Positions 28,201 to 37,033 of a DNA stretch of 46,537 bases are shown in pieces (position 1 is the first letter of the stretch; every line of letters begins with the position of its first letter). Below the pieces are notes generated by a model. It was not told the origin of the DNA. It worked only from the letters and a program-made list of their open reading frames with translations, and searched no databases. Origin of the DNA: a virus (Duplodnaviria; Caudoviricetes); the IMG/VR virus record IMGVR_UViG_3300037782_000038, positions 1-46,537 of that record. One strand, given 5' to 3'. A program made the translations under genes and the position numbers.

Positions 28201-31200
28201 TCGACGAAGTTACAGGAACTCCTGACTTAAAAGCGACAGATTACATTGTTGAGGATGTTGATATGGATATCGATGAAACAATCGATATTAATGAAATATC
28301 GACTCCTGAGCCAAAGAAGAAGGAGGCTCCAAAGAAGAAGAAGGAAACTCCAAAGAAGAAGGAGACTAAAAAGAAAGCTCCAAAGAAGAAGGAAACTCCA
28401 AAGAAGAAGGAGCCAACCGATCAGGATAAAAAATTCATCGATGGATACATCGCAATGCTCCTTGCTACAGGGTTTCCGAAAGGAAATATCAAGGAGAACA
28501 CAGCTCTTGGAGAGATCGCCATCAAAACGATGAACGGAATTGCATTCTTAAAACTTACTGCAGACGGATGGGTTTCTGGGATGCCTGTGCGCACAAAAAC
28601 AGGAAGTATTGCTATACGCCCAATACCAGAAGGCGAAGGCGCAATCAATTTCGGAAAAAACAAAGAGATCGCTATTGAGAATGCATCGGTAAGAGCAAAA
28701 AGGTTTAGGTTAAGAAGCGATGCGGAGACCGGTGTTTCACAGTCTGATCAAGACGTTATCGGGGCAGATGTCGAGGCTATTGAGACTGAAATGGCAGATG
28801 CGGGTAGTGGGATTATGAACTTAGATAATATCGTTCCAGAAGAGTCTGCAACAATGGACGCAGGGTCCAGAGTCACAGAGCAAGAAGCAAGAGCGTCTGG
28901 ACTTCCGTCGCTATCTGCGCTCATGAAACCCTTTGAATGGTTTAAAGGGTTGCGTGGTATTGTCGGAATATCCGATCCTCTAGCGACCGGAACAACGAAA
29001 GACTCTCAAGGAAATAACATGGAGGTTCATGGAGGGCTTTTATGGAACATCAAAAATGCGGCGCAAAGAGGTATGGCTTGGGCTTCTGTGAAAGAAGATA
29101 CTGCCAGAAAGTCTGCGCAACAAGCTATTAACGTGTATAAGGCTCATAAAGCCGAACTTGAATCTTTATGGAAGTCCGGGAAAATTCCTTTTGGACACGT
29201 TCCTTTGTTCATATTTAGAATGACGGACACTTCTATACGGTCTAACGAGGCTGTGTTTAGATGGATACTTCCGTCGATAAAGAAAGTTGGAAAATTAAGA
29301 GATAAAGCTGCGCTTGTTGAGATAAAAAAAAGGGTAAAAGAAAATTCCAAAAAAGGCGGGCCTATAGGTAGGGCAAATAAGGCTCTATATGACCTTATGC
29401 AGAAAACCAAATCGCAGTCGTTAAGCGAGCTGATGGAGGCTATCATTAAAAATCCTACTGATATTCCATTGAACGCACGAACCGTGCTCACAAACCTCGT
29501 GTTTAGCGATTCAGGACAAGGAAGGATTGCCAAAATACTAACAGGAGGAAGGTCTCCATTATCGTCTGAAATATTCAGCTTTCCAAAGCTACATGAAAGT
29601 ATCTTTGATGCAGACATGGCAAACCTACCCGCAGGGTACTTTGCGGTCATGCAAGGGGTGCAGATTCTTAAGGAAGACGGATCCGAGATGTCCGTGGACG
29701 ACATCGTTGTTACAGACAGCCCACATCCGAATTACCAGTTTGGCCTGAAGGGTCGCCCTATTGCTATACCAAAGGAGACGTATCAAGTATCAAAAATGTT
29801 CCCTGAGATAGCGGCCAAAACAAAAGAGCAGATGGCTGTCAGCGAAGGGAAGAGCCCTAATAGAGCGATGACTCAGTCTCACACTACGTTCTACACTCCG
29901 GATGCTTTTGCAGGAGCTGAAGTGAATACAAGGCCTACCGAATTAGATATGGTTATAGGGGCTATGAGACTTGCGTTTCCAAGTGTTCAGGTTACATCGA
30001 ACAGAGTGGAGTTTCAGCGTGTAATAAACGATTCTTCAACTCGAGTTCGGGAGTCTAACGGAATGAAGATATACGGGGTTACTGCAAACGGAATAATTTA
30101 TCTAAATCCCGATATTGCAAACATAACTACTGCAATACATGAGTTTGGACACATATGGATAGATTACCTTAAGACGTCAGAAAAAGGAGCTAGAATACTT
30201 GAAAAGGGATTGGCTCTTGCGAAAATGACAGACCAATACAAAGTCGAGCTTGAGAAGTATCCGGACGATCCTAGACTAGCTGCAGAAGAGGCATTGGTGG
30301 AGCTTATCGCTACAAAAGGATCAGCCATCATTAATGCTGCTAAACGAAGAAACTTCAACAATTGGTTGAGTGATGCGTTCCAGTACATCAAGAACACATT
30401 CACTAAGCTCAGCGACTTCATGAAAGAGTCTGACGCAAAGTTCCAAGACAGGCTAGATAAGATGACTGTAGAGGACTTTGTCAACATGTCGCTTGCGGAT
30501 CTATTCTCAATGAGCACGATAACCGGAGGTCCTATTAGTGGAGAAGGGCTTCGGATGTCCATGAAGAAAGACTTTGAAGACGGAACAGGAAGAGATTTCG
30601 ACTTTTCGTCAATGGATAGCATTATAAATTATGCTCGAGATAAAGGGTATAGCGACTTCGCAATAATGGAGGTCTTAAGGCTGCGTGGATTCAAGGTAAA
30701 GGATATCAAAGCCAAGCTTGAGGTAAACGTGAGAAAAGCGAAGGGTCCTGTACCGGCTGAGTTTTCTTTAGTTGAAGGGGGCATGAAAGCGGGTGTTGAG
30801 CTGTTTAAAGATCTTCGCAAAAAGATGGTTAGCTGGCACGCTACCAGAAAGAATAGAACCGGCAAGGCGCCGTCAAGCGCTCAAATAAGAAAGCATTACA
30901 TCGACACGTTAAACAAGTCTCCTTTATTCGAGAATCTGTCTGAGAACGACAAGATACGCTTGTTGCTTGCAGTAGACAGATACTTCGGTATTAAGGCAGG
31001 AAAGGAGATATCGAAAGATATAGCCAGAAAGAAAGAGAAGTTAAGAAACTCTAAGTCTTCGGAGATCAAGAAAACTCAGATCGAGCTTAACAAGTTTATC
31101 CGAGAAGTGCTGATACCTGTTGGGTATACGAAAAACCAGATATCTAGACTTATCACAGCTGTATCAAGAGCTACAGATTCCGGAAAGCTAGAAGCTATGA

Positions 31201-33908
31201 AGGTCAAAGTAATGGAATTGGCCGACAAAAAGATTGAGGAGACTAGACAGAAGCTCATAAAAGACATTCAGACCGCAGCCAAATCCAAGGGCAAAATTAT
31301 AAAAAGCGCCTCGGGCAAGCGATCAGCCAATAGAGTTGACGCAGACACCCAGAAGTATTTTGAGTTCGCAAAACAGGTGATATCAAAGTCTATGTCTGGA
31401 GACATTTCAGCTCTCCAAGACCTTTTATATGAGCTGGAGAACAATGTGGATGTTCTATCAGCGGTTGCCGCTTTGTCAAATTCTGGACCTAATGCACCGG
31501 GTATAACGTCTGAGGCTAGAAACAAAGCGCTTCAGTACCTTGCGATATCTGACTTTATCAACATCGCCGATATGTCATATGATCAGGTCAATGAGCTCTA
31601 TTCAAGAGTGATGACCATACAGAAGATTGGTGCAGCTAGATTTGCGGATTTCGTGGCAGAGAAGTCTCAAGCAATACAGGAATTGAAAGACAGAGCTCGA
31701 GAAGAGATAAAGGAAGGGTGGGGAGATTCTATTTATGATGAGAATGGAGAAGTCTTGAGTAAGAACGAATACGAAGCTCGTAAAAAGAATTTCTGGAAGT
31801 CTAAAGACGGAAAATCATTCTTTGGAAAGATAGTGCCGTACCTCCAAAACCAATTCTCTTACAACGTTCCATCGTTTGTAAAGTTCGTAAGAAATACCAT
31901 TGGACACTTAGGTACGTTCGCCAATGAATTAGATAGAAAAGGATCTATATTCAAGGAGTACATCTACGACAAGCTCAACCAAATGGATAGCGACTTTAAG
32001 AAGGGGTACTTCGATGCTAAAGATACGCTTGACTCCATGGCTGAACAGATTGGTTTCAAGAACTATAGAGACTTCACCAGAAAGCTAGCCTCTAAACCAA
32101 ACTTGTTTATAGAGGGTCTGAAAGGAGATAGAAGTAGAGAGTTTACTACAGGAGAGCTTCTTCGTATATATGCGCTTAGCAAGAACGAGGTTCAGTTTAG
32201 CAAGCTTCAAGACATAGGATTTACGGTAGAGAAAATAGATGAGATTAAAGCTCATCTAGGGCTTGACATAATTCAAATGGCTGACTCTATTGTGGATTGG
32301 CTCAGTACGTCTTATTATGACTCGATAAACAAGGTTTACAGGTCAGTCAGAGGGATAGACCTTGGGTATGTCCATAATTATTTCCCTACAGAGACGCTAT
32401 CTCAAGCTTCTCAGGCAGACATCGACGGAAGTAACTTCAACAGGATATTTGACGCCATGACTGCTCCTGCTCTGAAAGACAGGATAGATACAACTAGCGA
32501 GATAAGCATTGTTCCGGATCTGAATTTTGTCGACATACTCGACAAGCATATTGACCGAATGGAAAGGTTTAAGGCGTATGCCGAGGGGACTAGAGACATC
32601 AATTATTTCATGCAGATAGAGGATGTGAACAGGCTCCTTGAGATAACAGGAATGAAGCGGATAGTTCGAGCGCTTATAAACCATTCGATTAACCCGGAAG
32701 CGAACAGTTCGATTGTTGATACTACTTGGATGACAAAGATGTACAGCTTATTCACAGGATTCGTTCTAGCGTTCAAGCTTATCCAGATACCGAAGCAGGC
32801 TACATCATTTATAAACGCATGGTCGGAGTACAAATATTCCGACACGAAAGTGCCGGGAGTCAACACCACCATGTTCATGGTAGACATGGCTGATGTGATA
32901 CTTCATCTCCCAAGGTATGTGAAGATGGCCTACAAAATGTCTCCTGAGTTCAGGGATCGTTTTGAGAAGGGAATGAGAGGGGAAGTCTACTCTCTTGAGA
33001 CAGGACGTGGAGTGTTTAAGAAAGTATCCAAAAAAGATGGAATCGTAGCCAAAGGCGTTAGAGCGATGAGAGCAGCATCAGGAGCTCCAACTGTTCTCGG
33101 GGACATCATCGGGGTTATGGGGTACATGGCTAATTACAAGCGTAACATTAAGAACGGGATGCCTCACGAAGAGGCTCTAAAAGCGTTTGAGAATTACAAC
33201 GCTACTCAGCAGTCTAGGAGAGCCGGAGAAAAGAACAGTCTACAGGTCTCAGATAATGGATACGCCAAAGCTTTGACACTATTCGGTAGCACCACATACC
33301 TTTACATGAATGAGGTGATGCAGGCGATGACAAATATGTCTCGTGGTGACTTCTCGAAGAAAAATATCAAGAAGCTAGCTGCCTCACTTGGGATGGCGAA
33401 CGTGCTCTTCGTGATGATGTCGAACGTAGCAAAACTAGCCTTCGGGGACGATGATGACATGGAAGAAGTAATGGTGGGCATGCGAGATGCAATGCTTGGA
33501 TTAAACCTTGTCTATCAATTCCCTATACTTGGAGCTGCCGTTGAGGAAGTTGTTCGATCATCAAGAGGACAGCGGACATACGGGGACGGTGGGATGATCA
33601 ACCCGCTCACTGTATTCTTCAACCGAACCAAGAAGGATTTTAAAAATGAAGACTACGAGTCTGTGGCTAAAAAAGTGATATCAATAACGCTTGGAACAAA
33701 TGTCGATCCGATCATCGCATTGGCAAACTTATTTGCAGGAGACACAAGCGACGAAAATGTTTACGAAGCCCTAGGTATATCAAAAAGTTACAGACCTTCT
33801 TCTAGCGGAAAGGAATCAAGCGACAGTTTGTTTGATGAGATAGATATAGACAGCGAGATTGAGCTAGAAGATGATCTTAACCTTGACATTGACATATTCG
33901 ATGAATAA
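25245..33908 (+). CDS. Giant internal virion / polyvalent protein with zincin-like HExxH domain
   Basis: 2887-aa ORF. Gly/Ala hydrophobic segments near both ends, acidic and Lys-rich linkers, IYLNP..TAIHEFGHIW..AEEALVE metallopeptidase-like motif. Confidence 0.75.
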   Translation: MEDLDQILKDYVATYQNPKYGGDWDIVNNKFPELSEYDPQVLKDYVTTYQNPKYGGDWGVVNSKFPELFPDGYTAPEKKETPARESESLKDLQTLNLDLRSAVDDAIVYSEQAKMTEVQKSESNKDDALKSIASGEYVDELEKYKNPDYAYENKKEKYESPEKIKQKAFNEKLKENIISQAEKKAGRPLTQDELRSLEDDLYKKFDMGLDLSGDGKYNNMNYVGSLAKKFGAAAADVALTIESYASPNPARRAIAPIERKAAQEWSRKNTIQREYDVLEALENGNVLGALGAAGETTAESLPIMAVGAVAGAASGGTAVPLVTVGLITSGQTHLDVKDEEWYKEMNPYQQIGYSLGMGAFEAVGEVTGAKILSRTIADVVKKSAKDQVEKRIGDIVKGYLKSQGQNFKEEAVAEAVTAAGQGVIERVTKGEDFDDLLREIINASITGGLAGTSIGSLKTPRVALDIAMSFTRKSPSVKEKRAEISQLTADYNKAVQDGASEVVLNEFETKIKEATTDLTSSLKKNVAMFENMDEATAEELLGLQQNIESLGQAIKETDNEAVIESLNEKRKQYAERMQTILDDATGRSAYIRDGRRFTKEEFTSMIEEATPEQLAKGEWSVKNDPDVSDMLASKLQENEKTDETPEENVEPVQEEADQQDVQQEEEVTVEDTEEPVLTREQQVEADLLEEELKAQEEATTKEEEVTQEEATTKEEAVQEEVIQEEETTAKISEGSQADEQVKRVKELPEEAEDGSTLNTDGTVYEDGGLVTPLASVNVSQKDFSIDKINEFLDRFKDLLGNQAVKVGIYKFPNSDQVSIDLNLIVPEANQDVAVEFAKNSGQKSLFNLSDFSYIETGADGQNTTEYTVDEMAEIVEALTNGELPNINRDISTPESKEKSTPKKRKSTLKEPVLVFRDQKALNKFKAIPSLSRAIANAALGKLKVGENKIELKRGYKITDLLKAIAADKTGGITVENAGSLETEAKVDEVTGTPDLKATDYIVEDVDMDIDETIDINEISTPEPKKKEAPKKKKETPKKKETKKKAPKKKETPKKKEPTDQDKKFIDGYIAMLLATGFPKGNIKENTALGEIAIKTMNGIAFLKLTADGWVSGMPVRTKTGSIAIRPIPEGEGAINFGKNKEIAIENASVRAKRFRLRSDAETGVSQSDQDVIGADVEAIETEMADAGSGIMNLDNIVPEESATMDAGSRVTEQEARASGLPSLSALMKPFEWFKGLRGIVGISDPLATGTTKDSQGNNMEVHGGLLWNIKNAAQRGMAWASVKEDTARKSAQQAINVYKAHKAELESLWKSGKIPFGHVPLFIFRMTDTSIRSNEAVFRWILPSIKKVGKLRDKAALVEIKKRVKENSKKGGPIGRANKALYDLMQKTKSQSLSELMEAIIKNPTDIPLNARTVLTNLVFSDSGQGRIAKILTGGRSPLSSEIFSFPKLHESIFDADMANLPAGYFAVMQGVQILKEDGSEMSVDDIVVTDSPHPNYQFGLKGRPIAIPKETYQVSKMFPEIAAKTKEQMAVSEGKSPNRAMTQSHTTFYTPDAFAGAEVNTRPTELDMVIGAMRLAFPSVQVTSNRVEFQRVINDSSTRVRESNGMKIYGVTANGIIYLNPDIANITTAIHEFGHIWIDYLKTSEKGARILEKGLALAKMTDQYKVELEKYPDDPRLAAEEALVELIATKGSAIINAAKRRNFNNWLSDAFQYIKNTFTKLSDFMKESDAKFQDRLDKMTVEDFVNMSLADLFSMSTITGGPISGEGLRMSMKKDFEDGTGRDFDFSSMDSIINYARDKGYSDFAIMEVLRLRGFKVKDIKAKLEVNVRKAKGPVPAEFSLVEGGMKAGVELFKDLRKKMVSWHATRKNRTGKAPSSAQIRKHYIDTLNKSPLFENLSENDKIRLLLAVDRYFGIKAGKEISKDIARKKEKLRNSKSSEIKKTQIELNKFIREVLIPVGYTKNQISRLITAVSRATDSGKLEAMKVKVMELADKKIEETRQKLIKDIQTAAKSKGKIIKSASGKRSANRVDADTQKYFEFAKQVISKSMSGDISALQDLLYELENNVDVLSAVAALSNSGPNAPGITSEARNKALQYLAISDFINIADMSYDQVNELYSRVMTIQKIGAARFADFVAEKSQAIQELKDRAREEIKEGWGDSIYDENGEVLSKNEYEARKKNFWKSKDGKSFFGKIVPYLQNQFSYNVPSFVKFVRNTIGHLGTFANELDRKGSIFKEYIYDKLNQMDSDFKKGYFDAKDTLDSMAEQIGFKNYRDFTRKLASKPNLFIEGLKGDRSREFTTGELLRIYALSKNEVQFSKLQDIGFTVEKIDEIKAHLGLDIIQMADSIVDWLSTSYYDSINKVYRSVRGIDLGYVHNYFPTETLSQASQADIDGSNFNRIFDAMTAPALKDRIDTTSEISIVPDLNFVDILDKHIDRMERFKAYAEGTRDINYFMQIEDVNRLLEITGMKRIVRALINHSINPEANSSIVDTTWMTKMYSLFTGFVLAFKLIQIPKQATSFINAWSEYKYSDTKVPGVNTTMFMVDMADVILHLPRYVKMAYKMSPEFRDRFEKGMRGEVYSLETGRGVFKKVSKKDGIVAKGVRAMRAASGAPTVLGDIIGVMGYMANYKRNIKNGMPHEEALKAFENYNATQQSRRAGEKNSLQVSDNGYAKALTLFGSTTYLYMNEVMQAMTNMSRGDFSKKNIKKLAASLGMANVLFVMMSNVAKLAFGDDDDMEEVMVGMRDAMLGLNLVYQFPILGAAVEEVVRSSRGQRTYGDGGMINPLTVFFNRTKKDFKNEDYESVAKKVISITLGTNVDPIIALANLFAGDTSDENVYEALGISKSYRPSSSGKESSDSLFDEIDIDSEIELEDDLNLDIDIFDE
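25266..25449 (+). repeat. Two copies of a 34-aa (102-nt period) repeat at the N-terminus of the giant protein
   Basis: LKDYVATYQNPKYGGDWDIVNNKFPEL and LKDYVTTYQNPKYGGDWGVVNSKFPEL. Confidence 0.95.
27157..27246 (+). CDS. Candidate overprinted 29-aa basic peptide nested in the giant gene
   Basis: MKKPMKPQKKMSNQYKKKPTNKMCNRKKK* in the +1 frame, with A-rich leader CAAAACTACAAGAAA-ATG. Confidence 0.35.
   Translation: MKKPMKPQKKMSNQYKKKPTNKMCNRKKK
28311..28415 (+). repeat. CCAAAGAAGAAGGA tandem repeats encoding PKKKE(A/T)
   Basis: Read directly; about six imperfect units. Confidence 0.9.
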
Positions 33909-33939
33909 AAAAAAGCGGGATCCCCTTTCGGAGTCCCGC
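33907..33939 (-). terminator. Rho-independent terminator ending the - arm
   Basis: On the - strand, GCGGGA-CTCCGAAAGGGGA-TCCCGC followed by T8, at the convergence point of the two arms. Confidence 0.8.
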
Positions 33940-33984
33940 TAGTGAACCAGCTAAATATGACATGTAAAAGTGCAGTAGTGATTA

Positions 33985-33992
33985 CAAATATA
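33985..33992 (-). promoter_or_regulatory. TATATTTG -7 box pointing at the terminator about 50 nt away (possible sRNA promoter)
   Basis: CAAATATA on the + strand; no gene-sized ORF between the box and the terminator. Confidence 0.45.
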
Positions 33993-34057
33993 TGAAAAAG
34001 ATGTGATCCTGCTGGTACAATTAATCGAAAATCTTACTTTTATCGTAAGTGATTTGA

Positions 34058-34336
34058 TTAATAATATTGAGCGTCAGATCCTGCGTTAAGCAGGTCAAGG
34101 AACTCATCTAAATCCTTTTCTATTAACGTCGAGAGGAATATTTTTTCGTCTCTTCTGGATGCCTCGACAAAGAAGTACGTGTTGTGCGTCTCACTATCGT
34201 CATGGTTTACGCTAAGTAGCGTACATAGCAAATTGTCGTCGGATCTCCAGAAATCTTTGACTGATTTGAGCACCGCTTCTTTTTCGTGACCACACATCAC
34301 AGACAGCATAGCTGCTGCGTGCAGGTCAATCATCAT
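34058..34336 (-). CDS. Hypothetical protein (92 aa)
   Basis: ATGATGATTGA coupling with the VRR-NUC stop suggests a start at 34336 rather than 34531. Confidence 0.55.
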   Translation of the reverse strand: MMIDLHAAAMLSVMCGHEKEAVLKSVKDFWRSDDNLLCTLLSVNHDDSETHNTYFFVEASRRDEKIFLSTLIEKDLDEFLDLLNAGSDAQYY

Positions 34337-34580
34337 GATACTCTCCATCGAAGACTCTTGCTGAGACTCCATGGTCTCGGAGCTCTTTGATTCTGTATTT
34401 TTGGAGCTTTGTTGGCTCCCCTCCTTTTCTTTTGACCTCGATAAACTTGACATCACTTCCTTTTGGGATTGCCAGAACGTCCGGAATCCCGTTTTTATTT
34501 GTCTGAATAAGTTTGATAACATAGTAACCATCTTTTTCTAGTTGTTTAATTAATTTCGCTTGAACCTTACTCTCTCTCAT
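34326..34580 (-). CDS. VRR-NUC family nuclease / Holliday junction resolvase-like
   Basis: ESKVQ..GIPDVL..FIEVKR..PTKLQ PD-(D/E)xK signature. Confidence 0.9.
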   Translation of the reverse strand: MRESKVQAKLIKQLEKDGYYVIKLIQTNKNGIPDVLAIPKGSDVKFIEVKRKGGEPTKLQKYRIKELRDHGVSARVFDGEYHDD

Positions 34581-35827
34581 AGGAAATCCTTTTTGAAGTG
34601 AGATAAAGTATACGATTTTTTATTCAAAACCGCTTTGTAAATACGCTCTTCAATACCTCCTCTGGTAAAAATCCAGTAGACCTTATTGAACTTTCTGTCG
34701 ATCGTTGTCATTCGATCCCTGCTCTGCCAGTAGGTTGTGGCTGAGAATTCGATGTTGTAGTACACTAGATACTCTGCGTTCTTTAGTGAAACCCCTTCTC
34801 TTCCAGCCCTTACCTGAAGAGCTATGTTTTTATCGGTAGAATCGAACTCTTCTTGAGACTCGGTGAGCTGATCTCCAAATACCTGCTTGAGCATCTCTAA
34901 CTCTGCCTTGAATACGTAGAATATTCCAATCTTGCTTCCGGCAAACCTCTTTTTTATGAAGTTTGCCTTGGCAAGATCGATGATGGCTGACAGGCCAGAA
35001 TCTTCGAGTATCACGCTACCAGAGTATATCTGGTGAAGTTTTTGTTGCAGTTTCACTGGGGTGTCTGCAAGTATAAAGTCGCCCATAAACGGGACGACTA
35101 AATCTTTTTTGAGCTTATCAGCTATCATTGTGATCATCGGAGACGGTTCAACAAACAGCATTTCCTCGTCTATCTTTGACTTGAATCCGGCTTCTGATTG
35201 ACTCTTTCTGATCGTATACGGCTCCATTTTCTTGATGATGTCCTCCTTACCTTCTTTGTAGTCGTTGTGCCGTCTGCCGTTTATCATTTTGGTTTTTACG
35301 TCAACGTATACGTTTGCAAAACGGTAGAAATTAGAGAACTCAGAAAATGGTGATTTAGGCAGAAACGACACCTGATGATACATCTGACTGAATGATTCAG
35401 GAGTTGGTGTTCCTGACAGATATACAACCCGAGCTCCAGTGTTCTTGACTACCTGAGCCACTTTTTTCTGTCTACCAGAGGGTTTTGGAAATGCCCCTAT
35501 GGAATGCGCCTCGTCAATGATAACGTGGTCCACACCGCCTGTGTCAACTTTATGAAGACTCTCGTAATTGATCACGATTGATTCATAGCTAGGGGATAGT
35601 GTTTTTATGTCTTTCTCGATGCTAGATATCGCTTTTTTCTTCGTGATAAAAAGGACCTTCTTGGCTCCATTATTGTCGCATATCTGAAGCGAACACAAGG
35701 TCTTACCTGTTCTCACTTCCATGGCTAGGTATACAAATCCGTGCCTTCGGATGATATCCGTTCCGTCCTTTATAACCTCTTCTTGGTAATCTCTCCATTT
35801 TATCATGTCTCTTTTATTTTTCTGCAA
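34577..35827 (-). CDS. SF2 (SNF2-like) helicase
   Basis: RDYQ, EVRTGKT, IIDEAH, LSGTP, GREGVSL and QSRDR motifs. Confidence 0.9.
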   Translation of the reverse strand: MQKNKRDMIKWRDYQEEVIKDGTDIIRRHGFVYLAMEVRTGKTLCSLQICDNNGAKKVLFITKKKAISSIEKDIKTLSPSYESIVINYESLHKVDTGGVDHVIIDEAHSIGAFPKPSGRQKKVAQVVKNTGARVVYLSGTPTPESFSQMYHQVSFLPKSPFSEFSNFYRFANVYVDVKTKMINGRRHNDYKEGKEDIIKKMEPYTIRKSQSEAGFKSKIDEEMLFVEPSPMITMIADKLKKDLVVPFMGDFILADTPVKLQQKLHQIYSGSVILEDSGLSAIIDLAKANFIKKRFAGSKIGIFYVFKAELEMLKQVFGDQLTESQEEFDSTDKNIALQVRAGREGVSLKNAEYLVYYNIEFSATTYWQSRDRMTTIDRKFNKVYWIFTRGGIEERIYKAVLNKKSYTLSHFKKDFL

Positions 35828-36009
35828 TACTGGTTCAGTCCTCTAAAGTAGCAGTCGTATGTAGGGTTGCCCCACTGCGCCTTCAGGATGCCTAATGTGG
35901 TCGACACAAACTTTTCACCGTTTGTCACAACGGTAAAGTCATTCACTCTCACGTTGTCTGGAAATGGAGCGAGATCCATCACCATGTCTTTGTATTCTTC
36001 AAATGTCAT
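35803..36009 (-). CDS. Hypothetical protein
   Basis: 68-aa ORF filling the gap, co-oriented with neighbours. Confidence 0.6.
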   Translation of the reverse strand: MTFEEYKDMVMDLAPFPDNVRVNDFTVVTNGEKFVSTTLGILKAQWGNPTYDCYFRGLNQYCRKIKET

Positions 36010-36020
36010 AACCTGATTTT

Positions 36021-36046
36021 AAAAAGCCCCGAGGTTATCCCGGGGC
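36021..36046 (-). terminator. Rho-independent terminator
   Basis: On the - strand, GCCCCGGG-ATAAC-CTCGGGGC followed by TTTTT. Confidence 0.75.
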
Positions 36047-36160
36047 CAATTGAACATTGACAGTAATATCGAGATGATATGTCGTGAGATGATTTCTGCC
36101 CGATTTAACCATAAATAGCTTACTGCCCCCACCCTTACGGAGTTATAGCCGCAAACGTTT

Positions 36161-36622
36161 TTAATCAGAAACCATTTGTCTTATTTTCCAAAAAGCATCC
36201 CTATACTTTGGGTTCGAGTCAGTCTCGTAAGTCTCTGCCTTTTTTATTCCGGAATGGACGCTCGAATGATCCTTTCCTACTACCCTCCCTATCTCTCCAA
36301 GAGACTTGTAGGGAAATTTTTGGTGAGCTAGGTAAAAATACAAATACCGAGTCTTCACAAGAACAGGGTCCCTAGAGATACTCTTGATAAGGTTCCAGTC
36401 AGTACCTAGTGCTTCACACACCTTGAACAGAAGATTCTCCAGATCCGGATCCGTCTTCTTCTTTTGGTCCTGACCCAAGATCTTCTGTATCCATGTCTTC
36501 TCCTTCTCCAGATACTTCATTTTCTTCGGTATCTCCCCCGTCTGGTAAAGTGCTTCCCTCATCTTGGGGTTCTCCTCCAGCTCCTGAATCAACAGTCGTA
36601 GAGGGCTCTTCTTTTTTAGCAT
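36161..36622 (-). CDS. DnaA domain IV-like helix-turn-helix protein
   Basis: IKSISRDPVLVKTRYLYFYLA..SLGEIGRVVGKDHSSVHSGIKK parallels the DnaA C-terminal signature SLxEIGxxFGxRDHTTV. Start codon uncertain. Confidence 0.8.
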   Translation of the reverse strand: MLKKKSPLRLLIQELEENPKMREALYQTGEIPKKMKYLEKEKTWIQKILGQDQKKKTDPDLENLLFKVCEALGTDWNLIKSISRDPVLVKTRYLYFYLAHQKFPYKSLGEIGRVVGKDHSSVHSGIKKAETYETDSNPKYRDAFWKIRQMVSD

Positions 36623-36827
36623 CTTTCTCAAGTTTAATTATACCTTTCTTTTTAATGTGCTCAGCAAGTCTGCCTGACTGAGCCTCGGTTACAGGAACCG
36701 GTATGGTCAACCCTCTTTTGCCGGCTATGTTCAATAGCTTGATAACCTCTTTTTCGGTGGTTGTAACAATAACCTTTCCTGTTTTTGCGGATTCTTTCAC
36801 CGCCTTGATCGAATTGTTCATAATCAA
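36414..36827 (-). CDS. Hypothetical protein, basic N-terminal half and acidic disordered tail overlapping the next gene
   Basis: Start coupled to the upstream stop; the last ~69 codons overlap the HTH gene in another frame. Confidence 0.6.
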   Translation of the reverse strand: MIMNNSIKAVKESAKTGKVIVTTTEKEVIKLLNIAGKRGLTIPVPVTEAQSGRLAEHIKKKGIIKLEKDAKKEEPSTTVDSGAGGEPQDEGSTLPDGGDTEENEVSGEGEDMDTEDLGSGPKEEDGSGSGESSVQGV

Positions 36828-37033
36828 TCGATTTTTAATTGGTTACTCTTCTGCTCGGGGACTTTTGTTACCGTCCTTTCAAGCATTAATCTATCTTGGC
36901 TTATCACCTCTTTCATTTGGACTCTGACGTGCTTGATGATGTCTTCCGGCCTTAGAGGCGAATTGGTATTCATGATATTATACAACTCGATGTACGAATC
37001 ACGAAGTTTTTTCTTAGATATAAGATTGCTCAT
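36824..37033 (-). CDS. Hypothetical protein
   Basis: 69 aa, 4-nt overlaps with both neighbours. Confidence 0.65.
   Translation of the reverse strand: MSNLISKKKLRDSYIELYNIMNTNSPLRPEDIIKHVRVQMKEVISQDRLMLERTVTKVPEQKSNQLKID

Noticed and set aside
28250-28285. DVDMDID in the giant protein as an RNA polymerase DxDxD motif
   Set aside because: It lies in an acidic low-complexity linker without RNAP catalytic-loop context.
28246-28533. 95-aa Arg-rich alternative-frame ORF
   Set aside because: Explained as the shifted reading of the PKKKE repeats; TTG start with no supporting leader.
4600-33900. Many antisense ORFs in the track (for example 26714-27322, 29144-29704, 30164-30622)
   Set aside because: Ser/Leu/Phe-rich shadows of long sense genes, with no motifs or promoters.
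34337-34531. N-terminal extension of the 157-aa ORF
   Set aside because: Overlaps VRR-NUC almost entirely; a coupled ATG at 34336 is more plausible.
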